Below are positions 15,690 through 24,060 of a DNA stretch of 24,060 nt, piece after piece; the stretch's first letter is position 1; each line of letters opens with the position of its first letter. A program made the translations under genes and the position numbers. The notes under the pieces are model-generated. The model was not told where the DNA came from. It made no database searches and was given only the letters and a program-made list of their open reading frames with translations. The stretch is from Pseudomonadota bacterium (GTDB lineage: Archaea > Thermoplasmatota > SW-10-69-26 > JACQPN01 > JAJPHT01): positions 1 through 24,060 of the forward strand of contig JAJPHT010000005.1 of the NCBI GenBank assembly GCA_021325135.1, in the 5' to 3' direction.

Positions 15690-16959
15690 GGTTCGTGCCG
15701 CCCGTCTGCACCGCGACCACGGCGTAGGCGGTGGTGCTCTGCGCGTGGCTCGTGCAGCCCGGCAGGCACGCGTCCATGAACGCGGCGTAGAGGCGCCCGT
15801 CGGGGCCCACGTCGATGTCCATGTAGTCCGCGATGGGGTCGCCGCCGCAGCCGGCGTCCTTGCTGATGCAGCCGTAGTGCAGCGGGTCGCCCGAGGGCGT
15901 GGCCTGCACGACCTGCACGGTGGGCAGCAGCGTGTCGGCGCCGGTGATGACGCCCACGTAGCCGTTCCACGCGACGCCCGTGCCCGCGGCGCCGGGGTCC
16001 TTGTTGACCATGCCCAGGTCCGTCGTGCCGTAGAACGCGACGCCGATGCGGCCGTTGTCGCCGCCCACGATGACGGGGAACTCGGCGGACGTGACGCCCA
16101 CGGGGGTGAGGTCCACGGGCGACGACCAGGACGAGCCCTGGTTCTTGGAGTAGACGTACTTCACGTGGTAGCTCGTGTCCTCGTAGAGGAAGTAGAGCGT
16201 GCCGTCGGGCGTCGTGGCGACGTCCGCGAGGGGGCCCGTCTCCTGGGAGGCGGTGACGGGCACCGTGTGGACGACCCAGGTGAGGCCGTTGTTCGCGCTC
16301 ACGCGCACCTGCGGGCCGCACGCGACGGAGGGCTCGTAGAGGACGCCCGCCGAGTCCGCGACGGGCTGGCCCTGGAAGGCGCAGTTGACGCCGTGGGGCT
16401 CGCCGGTGGTGAACGTGAGGCCGCCATCGAGGCTGATGCCGCACGCGTCGTCCACGAGGCCGTTGGCGCAGACGTACACGACGTTGGGGTACTGCGCGCC
16501 CGAGGGGTCCGCGAAGGTGGAGGTGCGCGGGCCCACGGCGATCTTCTCGTGGTCCGTGGCCGACGCGCCGCAGGCGAGCGGGTTGCGCAGCCAGGAGGCG
16601 CCCTCGTTGTCGGACCACGCGAGGATGGTGCAGCCCAGCGTGGTGTCGTCCTGGAAGACGCGGCCCGTCTGCTTGTCGACGGTGAGCGTGCGGTCCGCGG
16701 CGACGTTGGCGCTGATGCCCGCGCCGATGTTGTTGATGTTCGTCCAGGTGAGGCCATCGTCGGTGGACTTGTGCGGCCCGTCCCACGTGCCCACGAAGAT
16801 GTGGCCGTTGGGCAGGACGCCCAGGTTCAGCTCCACGCCGGTGCCGATGGCGCCGGTCATGCGGAAGGTGGGCGTGCCGCTGGCCCCGCCGCTGACCGCG
16901 GGCGCGGGGGCGAGGGCGACGAGGCTGAGAAGGGCAAGGATGAGGGCGATGCGACGCAA
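15679..16959 (-). CDS. Secreted BNR/Asp-box (sialidase-like) beta-propeller protein
   Basis: Signal peptide; Asp-boxes STDDGLTW, SDNEGASW, SLDGGLTF, SANNGLTW, SKNQGSSW; many Cys. Confidence 0.85.
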   Translation of the reverse strand: MRRIALILALLSLVALAPAPAVSGGASGTPTFRMTGAIGTGVELNLGVLPNGHIFVGTWDGPHKSTDDGLTWTNINNIGAGISANVAADRTLTVDKQTGRVFQDDTTLGCTILAWSDNEGASWLRNPLACGASATDHEKIAVGPRTSTFADPSGAQYPNVVYVCANGLVDDACGISLDGGLTFTTGEPHGVNCAFQGQPVADSAGVLYEPSVACGPQVRVSANNGLTWVVHTVPVTASQETGPLADVATTPDGTLYFLYEDTSYHVKYVYSKNQGSSWSSPVDLTPVGVTSAEFPVIVGGDNGRIGVAFYGTTDLGMVNKDPGAAGTGVAWNGYVGVITGADTLLPTVQVVQATPSGDPLHYGCISKDAGCGGDPIADYMDIDVGPDGRLYAAFMDACLPGCTSHAQSTTAYAVVAVQTGGTNLKA

Positions 16960-17041
16960 GGTGTTCCCCGGGCAGCCAACCAGCCGAGGAGCCTTGAGCG
17001 TTCGCTCTTTCGAGGATTCTTGTGAATTCAGCGTCGCGTGC

Positions 17042-17341
17042 TCACTTCTGCAGCGTGAAGAGCACGTCGTCCCCTCCGACGTCCCAGAGCCCCAGCCTCG
17101 CGCCCGCGTCGAGCCAGCCGTGGCTGTAGTTCACGCACGCGAAGGCGTTCACGTAGTCGCCCGCGGCCGCGAAGTGCTTCGCGTCGGCGTAGTACGAGGT
17201 GGCCATCTTCAGGAAGTCGTCCGCGACGTCCTTGAAGTGGCTGGGCGTGGGGGGCGCGATCTTGACCTTCGCCATCGCGCGGGCTGTGATATCAAGGTAC
17301 TTCGCGATCTTCGCGTCGGTGAGGAGCTTCTCCTCGCTCAT
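17042..17341 (-). CDS. DUF357 domain protein
   Basis: MSEEKL...KYL..T..A...FLKMATSYYADAKHF...GDYVNAFACVNYSHGWLDAGARLG. ATGA overlap with the HerA stop. Confidence 0.92.
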   Translation of the reverse strand: MSEEKLLTDAKIAKYLDITARAMAKVKIAPPTPSHFKDVADDFLKMATSYYADAKHFAAAGDYVNAFACVNYSHGWLDAGARLGLWDVGGDDVLFTLQK

Positions 17342-19296
17342 GCGCCGCCCCTCCGGCGCAGGCGCGCGAGGAGGCCCTTCTGGGCGCGCTGCCGCTCCTC
17401 CACGAGGACGTGCAGGCGCGCGAGCACCGTGTTGAGGCGGCGCAGCGTCTCCTCGCCGGGCTGGCCGTAGTCGCCCACGCCGCGGGCGAGGGCCATGGCC
17501 TTCTGCGCCAGCTCCGTCTCCAGCGACTCCAAGTGGCGAAGCTCCAGGTCGTCGAGGTCGCTGGCGGCCACGAAGCGCACCTCCTCGGCCAGGTCCTCCA
17601 GCCACTGGGGCGCGCGGGCGATGGCGCGCGCCGGCGCGGCGGGGATCGTCGGCGCCGCCGGGGGCAGAGGGGCGGGCGCGGCGCGCGGGGGCTCGTGCTC
17701 CACCGGGAGGCGCCGCTGCGGGGCGGGCCGCGGGGGCGGGGCCTTGGCCTCCTGGGGCTCCTCGTCCTCCTCGTCTTCGTCCTCGTCGTCCTCTTCCTTC
17801 GCCTTGGGGGCAGGCTTGGCGGATTCCCCGCGGATGGAGGCCATGACGTCGACGGACTCGCCGCCGTGGGCCGTCTCGCGGGGGCGGATCTCCACGAGCA
17901 CCGGGATCGAGATGCGCGGGTGGGAGACGAACGCGACGCCCACGGGGAGGCGCTGGATCTCGTCCTCGCTGTCCGAGGTGAGCCCTTCCACGCTGCTGGC
18001 GAGGGCCTTGAGGTCGTTGGGGTTCGTGACCTTGAGGATGATCTGCGTGTTGCACTGCGAGAGGACGTTCTTGTCCACCTTGGCGGGGCGCTGCGAGACC
18101 ACCATGAGCCCCATGCCGAACTTCCTCCCTTCGGAGGCCACGGTGCGCATCACCTGGCCGCTGGCGGTGGTGGCCATGCCCTTCTCGGGGCAGAAGTTGT
18201 GCGCCTCCTCGCAGACGAGCATGAAGGGCGGGACCTTGCCCAGCTTGCGCGCCTCGAAGAGGCGGCGCGCGGTGATGGCGACGACCATCTGCTGCACGTC
18301 GGGGCTCACGCCCTTGAGGTTGAGGATGCTGACCTTCTGCGGCGCGACGAGGCTCTCGATGGGCGTGCCCTTGCCCGCGAAGACCGGGAGGCCGGTGAGC
18401 GACTCCAGCGCGCTCACGAGGTTCCACTTGGCGTTGCTCGCGCTCTCGCGCACCTCGTCGAGGATCGTGGTCAGGTCGTAGTCCTTCCCCTTGTCCTTGA
18501 GCGCCTTGATGGCCGCGTGGAGGATGCCCATCTGCGAGTTGGTCAATTCGCCGCCCAGGAGCTCGTGGACCTCGCGCGCCTCCAGGTTGCGGCTCTCCAG
18601 GCCGAAGGGCGCCGCGTCGGGGTTCGCCACGGTGTCGGGCGAGTACTCCACGATGTGCTCGCCGTAGTTGCGCGGCGTCACGCCGAAGCGCCTGCGCGCC
18701 TGCTGGTCGTGGGGCGAGTTGTTGGGCTTCGAGAGGGAGCCGTGCTCGCCGTGGGGGTCGATGACGACGATGGGCACGCCCTTCTTGATGAGCTCCTCCA
18801 TGAGGACGCCCACCGCGTAGGACTTGCCGCTGCCGGTCTTGGCGAGGATGCTGGCGTGCTTCTGCACCAGCGTGTTGATATCAAGGATGACGCGCAGGTC
18901 GTACCCTTTCACGACGCCTAGGTACGCGCCCTCGGTGTCGCGCAGGCCGAAGACGTGGGAGAGGAGCGCGGCGTCGACGCGGCGCACCTCGGCCCCCGCG
19001 GGGACGGGCGTGCGCGGCGCCTGGAGGATGCCGCGCCCGTCGCGGAAGCCGATGACGCGCGCCTTGCCCACCAGGTGGTCGCGCTCCGGGCCCTCGTGGT
19101 AGCCGCGGCGCGTGGCGTCCTCGAAGCTGAGGTTCGTCTCGCGCGTGACCTCCGTGACCTGCGCCACGAGGGCGCCGTCGGTGGGGTGGTCCACCTGCAC
19201 GTAGTCGAGGCGCTTGAGCGTCGCGTCGCTCACAGCGAAGCGGAACTCCGTCGTCGACACGTTGCCGAAGACGGCGCCGACCTGGGGCTCATCCAC
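17338..19296 (-). CDS. HerA/FtsK-like ATPase (HAS barrel + DUF87) with an acidic/Pro-rich linker and a C-terminal helical extension
   Basis: N-terminal HAS barrel; Walker A AKTGSGKS, VIDPHGEH, Walker B LVCEEAHNF, EGRKFG, SQRP. Confidence 0.92.
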   Translation of the reverse strand: MDEPQVGAVFGNVSTTEFRFAVSDATLKRLDYVQVDHPTDGALVAQVTEVTRETNLSFEDATRRGYHEGPERDHLVGKARVIGFRDGRGILQAPRTPVPAGAEVRRVDAALLSHVFGLRDTEGAYLGVVKGYDLRVILDINTLVQKHASILAKTGSGKSYAVGVLMEELIKKGVPIVVIDPHGEHGSLSKPNNSPHDQQARRRFGVTPRNYGEHIVEYSPDTVANPDAAPFGLESRNLEAREVHELLGGELTNSQMGILHAAIKALKDKGKDYDLTTILDEVRESASNAKWNLVSALESLTGLPVFAGKGTPIESLVAPQKVSILNLKGVSPDVQQMVVAITARRLFEARKLGKVPPFMLVCEEAHNFCPEKGMATTASGQVMRTVASEGRKFGMGLMVVSQRPAKVDKNVLSQCNTQIILKVTNPNDLKALASSVEGLTSDSEDEIQRLPVGVAFVSHPRISIPVLVEIRPRETAHGGESVDVMASIRGESAKPAPKAKEEDDEDEDEEDEEPQEAKAPPPRPAPQRRLPVEHEPPRAAPAPLPPAAPTIPAAPARAIARAPQWLEDLAEEVRFVAASDLDDLELRHLESLETELAQKAMALARGVGDYGQPGEETLRRLNTVLARLHVLVEERQRAQKGLLARLRRRGGA

Positions 19297-19349
19297 GGGA
19301 GACAGAGGCCAGCCTGGGGATCAAAAAGGTTGGGAATCGAGCCCCGGCG

Positions 19350-20393
19350 TCAGGAGGCGGCGGGCGCCCGCCAGAGGAGGTGGCTGTCGCCGAACTCGTG
19401 CCAGAGGTAGCGCGCGCGGACGGCCTCGGCGTAGGCGTCCTTCACGCGGCCGATCCCCACCAAGGCGCCCAGCATCGCCAGGTGGCTCGTCACCGGGTCG
19501 TGGAGGCCCGTGAGCAGGCCGTCGATGGCGCGGACCCCCGTGGCGGGGTTCACGTAGTGCCGCGTGAAGCCCGCCATGGGACGCACGCCGCCGGGGCTCC
19601 ATGCCGTCTCTAGCGCGCGCACGACGGTGGTGCCCACCGCGACAACGCGCCCTCCGCGGGCGCGCGTCTCGTTCACCAGGCGCGCCGTCTCCGCCGGCAC
19701 GCGGAACGGCTCGGGGTAGAGCGCCTGCTGCTCGACGGTGGCCGCCTCGATCTCCAGGCTCGACACGCCCGTGTGCAGGAGGATGGGCGCGATGCGCACG
19801 CCCGTGTCCAGGAGCGCGGAGCGCACGCGGGGCGTGATGGGCCTCGCCGCGCTGGGCATCTCCACGCTGCCGGGCACGCGGGAGAAGAGCGTCTGGTACG
19901 TCTCCAGCGGGTAGGCCGGCGCGTAGCCGTAGTGGATGGGCTCGCCGCGCTCCGCCAGGATCGCCTCGCCGGGCCGGTCCAGGTGGACGAACCAGAGGCG
20001 CGGGATGCCCGGGTAGGGCGAGAGGAGCCGGGCGCGGGCGTCGCCCACGCGGAGGACGTCCCCTTCGCGCACCGGCAGCGGGCCCTGCTTCGCGGGGCTC
20101 CAGCGCGGCTCCGCTGTCCAGAGGCGCGGCCCGAAGCGCGTGGAGAGGTTGAGCCGGATCTCGCCCAGGCGGCCCTCGGCGGCGAGGCTCGCGGGGAGCG
20201 TCGCGCTTTCGTTGACCACGAGCAGGTCGCCGGGGCGCAGCGCGGAGGGGAGGTCCGTGAAGCGCCGGTGCTCGTGCCCGTCGGGCGCGCTCACGAGGAG
20301 GCGCACGTCGTCGCGGGAGGCGCCGCGCATTTCGGCCGGCGCGCTGGCGAAGAGCGACTCGGGCCGCTCGAAGCGAAGCTCCTGCGTGTTCAC
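19350..20393 (-). CDS. QueA-like protein (S-adenosylmethionine:tRNA ribosyltransferase-isomerase family, divergent subfamily)
   Basis: GTG 20393 after GGAGGTG. RDDVRLLV, LRPGDLLVVNESATLPA, YQTLFS..PGSVEMPSAA, LHTGVSS, RVVAVGTTVVRALET, DGLLTGLH.P..SHL, YLWHEFGDSHL. Confidence 0.88.
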   Translation of the reverse strand: MNTQELRFERPESLFASAPAEMRGASRDDVRLLVSAPDGHEHRRFTDLPSALRPGDLLVVNESATLPASLAAEGRLGEIRLNLSTRFGPRLWTAEPRWSPAKQGPLPVREGDVLRVGDARARLLSPYPGIPRLWFVHLDRPGEAILAERGEPIHYGYAPAYPLETYQTLFSRVPGSVEMPSAARPITPRVRSALLDTGVRIAPILLHTGVSSLEIEAATVEQQALYPEPFRVPAETARLVNETRARGGRVVAVGTTVVRALETAWSPGGVRPMAGFTRHYVNPATGVRAIDGLLTGLHDPVTSHLAMLGALVGIGRVKDAYAEAVRARYLWHEFGDSHLLWRAPAAS

Positions 20394-21109
20394 GGCGCCA
20401 CCTCCCAGAGGGTCGCCTGCGCCTGGTATCTCCGGCCGCTGACCTCCAGGGGCTCGCGCTCCAGGAGCCACGCCCAGAAGGGGAGCGTGGCGCTGGGCAG
20501 CGGGCGATCGCCGATGTCCTGGCCCGGGTACGCGTCCTGGTGCATCCGCGTGCGCATGTCGCCGGGGTCGACGCTGACGAAGCCCACGCCCGAGGCGCGG
20601 TTCTCCTCCGCCAGCGTGCGCGTCGCGAGGTCGAGCGCTGCCTTGCTCGCGCCATACGCGCCCCACCCGGGATAGCCGCCCAGCGCGGCGTCGCTGGAGA
20701 CGTCCACCACGAGGCCGCGGCGCTCGCGCAGCAGCGGCAGCGCGGCCTGCACGAGGGCCAACGGTGCTATCAGATTGACCTCCAGCGTCCGGCGCAGGCG
20801 GTCCAGGTCGGCCTCCGCGAGGGGCGGCAGCGGCGTCTGGCCCAGGTCGCTGGCGTTGTTCACCAGCAGGTCCAGCCCGCCCAGCCGGCGCGCGGCGTCG
20901 ACGAGGGCGGCGCGGTGGGCCGCGTCGGCGACGTCGCCCGCGAGGGGGACGACGCGCCCCTCCAGGCCCGCGAGCCCCGCGGCGGCCGCGGCGAGGTCGC
21001 GCTCGCCCCGCGCGGTGGCGATGACCGAGTGGCCTTCGCCCGCGAGGAAGCGCGCCAGCTCCAGGCCGAGGCCGCGGCTGGCGCCCGTGACGAGGGCGAC
21101 CTTCCTCAT
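20390..21109 (-). CDS. SDR family NAD(P)-dependent oxidoreductase
   Basis: TGASRGLG, DLLVNNAS, SS, YGASK, VDPGDMRT. Confidence 0.95.
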   Translation of the reverse strand: MRKVALVTGASRGLGLELARFLAGEGHSVIATARGERDLAAAAAGLAGLEGRVVPLAGDVADAAHRAALVDAARRLGGLDLLVNNASDLGQTPLPPLAEADLDRLRRTLEVNLIAPLALVQAALPLLRERRGLVVDVSSDAALGGYPGWGAYGASKAALDLATRTLAEENRASGVGFVSVDPGDMRTRMHQDAYPGQDIGDRPLPSATLPFWAWLLEREPLEVSGRRYQAQATLWEVAP

Positions 21110-21747
21110 GCGTCCGGCCTCCGTCGGGGCGTGACCAGGAAGCGGCAGACGTGCTCGCCCGCCACCACGCGGTGCGTCGTCTCCACGTCGGCGTCCAGGA
21201 GCTTGCGGAACATCTGGCGCTCCACGACGCAGGCCTCGCCGTAGCGCTGGGCCACCTCCAGGATGGGGCAGTTGTGCTCCAGGATCTCGAAGCGCCCCTT
21301 GCCCAGCGGGCGCGCCTCGGCCATGTAGCCCTCCTGGTCGCGCAGGCTCGCCAGCGCGGCGACGCGCGCGGCGAGGTCCGGGCCCGACACCTGCTGCTGA
21401 TATCGCGGCATCGCCTCGGCCTGCCGGCGGCGCAGCGCCTCCTCCACGGCCTTGCGCCCCAGCTTCTCCTCGATGAACGCCAGCGCGGCGCAGCCGACAC
21501 CCGCGTAGGCCTGGGGAAAGAGGTTCGTCGCGGCGCCGGTGAGGCGCAGCCCCAGGCGCGGGCGGCCGGCCCCCGAGCGGACGGGGAAGCGCTCCACCAG
21601 GCCGCGCGCCTCCAGGTCCCTGGCGTGCCGGTGGACGGCCATCTTGGAGACGCCCAGCGAGTCGGCCAGCGTCTGGAGGTCCGTCGGCCCCTCGCGCTTC
21701 AGGCGCGTGAGGATCTCGGTCTTCGCGGAGCCGATCTCGCGGTCCAT
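21106..21747 (-). CDS. SufR-like (COG2345) HTH transcriptional regulator with a putative Fe-S cluster site
   Basis: N-terminal HTH (LADSLGVSKMAVHRHARDLEARGLV...GAGRP); C-terminal EHNCP with CX12C-X2-E and a final Cys (CX12CX27C). Confidence 0.88.
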   Translation of the reverse strand: MDREIGSAKTEILTRLKREGPTDLQTLADSLGVSKMAVHRHARDLEARGLVERFPVRSGAGRPRLGLRLTGAATNLFPQAYAGVGCAALAFIEEKLGRKAVEEALRRRQAEAMPRYQQQVSGPDLAARVAALASLRDQEGYMAEARPLGKGRFEILEHNCPILEVAQRYGEACVVERQMFRKLLDADVETTHRVVAGEHVCRFLVTPRRRPDA

Positions 21748-21783
21748 GGAGAGGCTGTGCGCGGCTCGATATTTCTACATGCG

Positions 21784-21801
21784 TGTTGACAATGTTGACA
21801 A
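21784..21801. promoter_or_regulatory. Tandem 9-mer TGTTGACAA x2 upstream of the SufR-like operon (candidate autoregulatory site)
   Basis: TGTTGACAA (21784-21792) and TGTTGACAA (21793-21801), an AT-rich island 37-54 nt upstream of ATG 21747. Confidence 0.5.
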
Positions 21802-21832
21802 ACGCGCGCGGCGGGCGCGGGCGGCCCTTCCC

Positions 21833-22477
21833 TCAGGCGCCGAAGCGCCTGATGAGCTCGTCGTAGAGCTTGTCGAGGTTCTGGCCCGTCTTCCCCGAGA
21901 CGCCCACCACCGGGTGGCGCTGGAACATCTTCTGGATGCGGCCCACGTCGGCCTCGGGCAGGTCGACCTTGTTGGCCACCACGAGCATGGGCAGCCGGCG
22001 CGACTGCACGTGGGTGAGGAGCACCTGGTTGACCTGGCTGTACGGGTCGGTGGACGCGTCCAGGACGAGGAGCATGGCGTCCAGCGTCTGGAGCATCTCG
22101 ATGGCCTCCAGGATGCCCTGCGTCGCCTCCTCGGCGCGGCGCGCGGCGGCCTCGGGGTCCATGTTGTACATCAGCTCGAAGTCCAGGGGATCGACGCGGT
22201 TCGCGAGACCGGGCGTGTCCATGACGTCCACGACGAGGCGCCCCTGCGGGCTCTCCATGACGATCTCCTGCTTCGTGAGCACGCGGCGCGTCTCGTGGGG
22301 CACCTCGCTCACGGTGCCCAGGACCTCGCCCGTGTAGTCGCGCGCCATGGCGTTGGCGAGGGTGGTCTTGCCCGCGTTGGGCGAGCCGTAGATGCCCAGC
22401 TTGAAGCCCTCCCTCTTCCGCGAGAAGAGGCGCCTCAGGCTGAAGCGGCGCAGGAAGTCCCCCAGTCCCAAGCTCAC
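21833..22477 (-). CDS. Archaeal Era-like GTP-binding protein (OapA-like)
   Basis: GTG 22477 overlapping the upstream TGA. KLGIYGSPNAGKTTLAN..ARDYTG, VPHETRR, DVMDTPG, RAEEATQG, VLDASTDPYSQVN, ANKVD; Arg/Phe-rich amphipathic N-terminus. Confidence 0.88.
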   Translation of the reverse strand: MSLGLGDFLRRFSLRRLFSRKREGFKLGIYGSPNAGKTTLANAMARDYTGEVLGTVSEVPHETRRVLTKQEIVMESPQGRLVVDVMDTPGLANRVDPLDFELMYNMDPEAAARRAEEATQGILEAIEMLQTLDAMLLVLDASTDPYSQVNQVLLTHVQSRRLPMLVVANKVDLPEADVGRIQKMFQRHPVVGVSGKTGQNLDKLYDELIRRFGA

Positions 22478-23010
22478 AACCTCGTGGCGGCCAGGTAGAG
22501 CAGCGCGAGGAGCAGCAGGATGCCGCCCGCGGCGACGAGGCCCGCCTTCCCTTCGCCGAAGAGGAACGTGAAGAGGCCCACGGGCTTCACCGGGACGAGG
22601 TCGAGCATGTTGTCGTACTCGTGGCCGCAGCGCCGGCAGCGGATGCGGCTCCCCTCGGCCCACACCTCGGCGCGCTCGCAGCGCGCGCAGAGCACCTTGA
22701 GGTGGCGCATGGGGGGCGCCTCGCGGGGGATGGCGCTCACGCGCACGGGAGCGGGCGCGGGGGCCGGCGCCTCGGGGATCGCGACGGGGACGGCGATGGG
22801 GCGCGGCTGCGCCATGGCGGTGGGCGTGCCGGTGGACTTGGCCTCCATCTGCGTCCAGACGCGGGCGAACTCGCGGCGCAGGCGCTCGCGGCGGTTGGCG
22901 TCGGAGCCCAGCCACGCGCGGATGCGCTCCTGCGCGGCGAACCCCTCGAACGCCTCGTTCTCGGTGGCGCCCGGGTGGGCGCGGATGAAGTCCTCGATGA
23001 CCTCGCTCAC
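22474..23010 (-). CDS. Zn-ribbon membrane protein
   Basis: Helical N-terminus, Pro/Ala linker, CARC...CRRC, C-terminal TM helix. Confidence 0.75.
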   Translation of the reverse strand: MSEVIEDFIRAHPGATENEAFEGFAAQERIRAWLGSDANRRERLRREFARVWTQMEAKSTGTPTAMAQPRPIAVPVAIPEAPAPAPAPVRVSAIPREAPPMRHLKVLCARCERAEVWAEGSRIRCRRCGHEYDNMLDLVPVKPVGLFTFLFGEGKAGLVAAGGILLLLALLYLAATRL

Positions 23011-23016
23011 CGGACA

Positions 23017-23301
23017 TCACCCGGCGCGGCGCCCGCCGGCGGCGATGACGCGATAGCCCACCCAGCAGAGGGAGGCGGTGCCCAGCGCGCCCTCCGCCAG
23101 GGCGACGACGAAGAGCCGGTCGCGGTCCAGCACGGTCTGGCCCCCTTCGGAGGCGGCCTGCGCGGCCGTGTAGCCGAGGCGGTACATGAGGATGAGAAGC
23201 GAGAAGCCGACGACGGCGAGGACGAGGAGCGCAGCGACGTCGAAGAGGCGCGCGCGGGCCTCCACGCGGTGCTTGTCAAGGACCTGGACGGCAGTGGCCA
23301 C
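23017..23301 (-). CDS. Small 2-TM hypothetical protein
   Basis: 94 aa with two hydrophobic segments; SD-like GGAAGTGA before the GTG; 6-nt gap to the next gene. Confidence 0.65.
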   Translation of the reverse strand: MATAVQVLDKHRVEARARLFDVAALLVLAVVGFSLLILMYRLGYTAAQAASEGGQTVLDRDRLFVVALAEGALGTASLCWVGYRVIAAGGRRAG

Positions 23302-23628
23302 GCGATCACTTCCAAGCGGACGACGAACGCTGGGCGGCCAAGAACCTTTTGAAAACGCGGAAGCAGGCAGGACCGAGCCGGGGCTTGCCCGGGCTTATAA
23401 GCGCGGGCCCGGGCAGAGCGGAGGACCGCCCCGAGGCGGACGACGACGCAACCAGGCACCCGTTCTTCGCGCGCCGTGGACGGCATCCTGCGTGCCACGG
23501 TCCGGCCCCCGACGCCCCGCGGGGCAGCCGCTTCCGCGACAAGCCCGGCTCCCTCGCGGAATTGCTATCGCGTGGGGCGGGCCCCGTCGGCAGCGCGTCG
23601 TCGAGCGCAGGACGGGCCGGGGCGCGCC

Positions 23629-23847
23629 TCAGCGCGTGGGGCGCATCGCGACGAGGAGGACGAGCCCCGACATGGCGGCCAGGATGGCCAGCGCCAGGAG
23701 GGGCGCCGCCGGGATGCCGTTCCCCGAGGGGCCCACGCTGGCGGTGCGGAGCCGGTCCGACTGGCCCGAGAGCAGGAAGGGGCCCACCAGCAGGGTCGCG
23801 ATGCAAAGCAGGGCGAGGACGCCTCGAAGAAGGGAGCGGCGGGCCAC
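23629..23847 (-). CDS. Small 2-TM hypothetical protein
   Basis: 72 aa with two hydrophobic helices; GGAGGAG upstream. Confidence 0.45.
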   Translation of the reverse strand: MARRSLLRGVLALLCIATLLVGPFLLSGQSDRLRTASVGPSGNGIPAAPLLALAILAAMSGLVLLVAMRPTR

Positions 23848-23988
23848 GGCCCGGCGGTTCTCCTCCGGGGCTTATGGGGGCGTCGACGGGGGCCCTGGGG
23901 ACCTGGAGGGGGCGGGTCGCCGCTATGCTCAAATAGAACCGCTCGTATGGGCGCGCATCCCCGGGGTCGCTCCCCGGAGGTGTTCGCC

Positions 23989-24060
23989 ATGATGGGCAAC
24001 AACCCGAACCAGCAGGTCATCATCCTCAAGGAAGGCACCCGCCGCGAGAAGGGCCGCGGC
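23989..24060 (+). CDS. ths: Thermosome (group II chaperonin) subunit, 5' end; runs off the window's right edge
   Basis: GGAGGTG (23976-23982) then MMGNNPNQQVIILKEGTRREKGRG, a typical thermosome N-terminus (Q.I.ILKEGT.R..G). Subunit type cannot be determined. Confidence 0.88.
   Translation, partial: MMGNNPNQQVIILKEGTRREKGRG

Noticed and set aside
17338-19296. HerA-based anti-phage defence system
   Set aside because: No adjacent Sir2, nuclease or other effector; housekeeping neighbourhood and host-like codon usage.
19350-20393. Calling the gene queA (queuosine biosynthesis)
   Set aside because: Canonical QueA motifs are substituted and archaea are not known to make queuosine; left as QueA-like.
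21748-23988. Replication origin next to the OapA-like gene
   Set aside because: No cdc6/orc1, no recognisable ORB repeats and no extended AT-rich unwinding element in the window.

Overview
A gene-dense, very GC-rich archaeal window. Archaeal markers are Taw1/TYW1, a thermosome N-terminus, DUF357, DUF504, an OapA-like GTPase and an archaeal-type MoaA. The proteins are not acidic, which suggests a non-halophilic, Thermoplasmatota-like lineage (inference). From left to right: partial taw1; a divergent USP-domain gene / kup K+ transporter pair around a highly structured intergenic element; a ~6.4 kb putative corrinoid (B12) capture and uptake locus (3690-10100); a PQQ-type sugar dehydrogenase; moaA; several small proteins; YkgJ/DUF504; a BNR beta-propeller; HerA-DUF357; a SufR-like regulator-SDR-QueA-like operon; an OapA-like GTPase operon; and the thermosome start. 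The best candidate for an undescribed system is the corrinoid locus. It encodes what looks like a split transcobalamin/intrinsic-factor-like receptor: a free secreted beta-domain, an alpha-barrel on a PKD stalk with a C-terminal anchor, and a second membrane-anchored beta-domain. It also has a compact ECF transporter (T-S fusion plus miniature double ATPase) and a wHTH regulator. A TCAA-N6-TTGA array is shared by both promoter regions and is a candidate operator. The second candidate is the Fe-S-sensor/SDR/QueA-like operon, in a domain of life not known to make queuosine. All family calls come from motif recognition by eye; no database searches were run.
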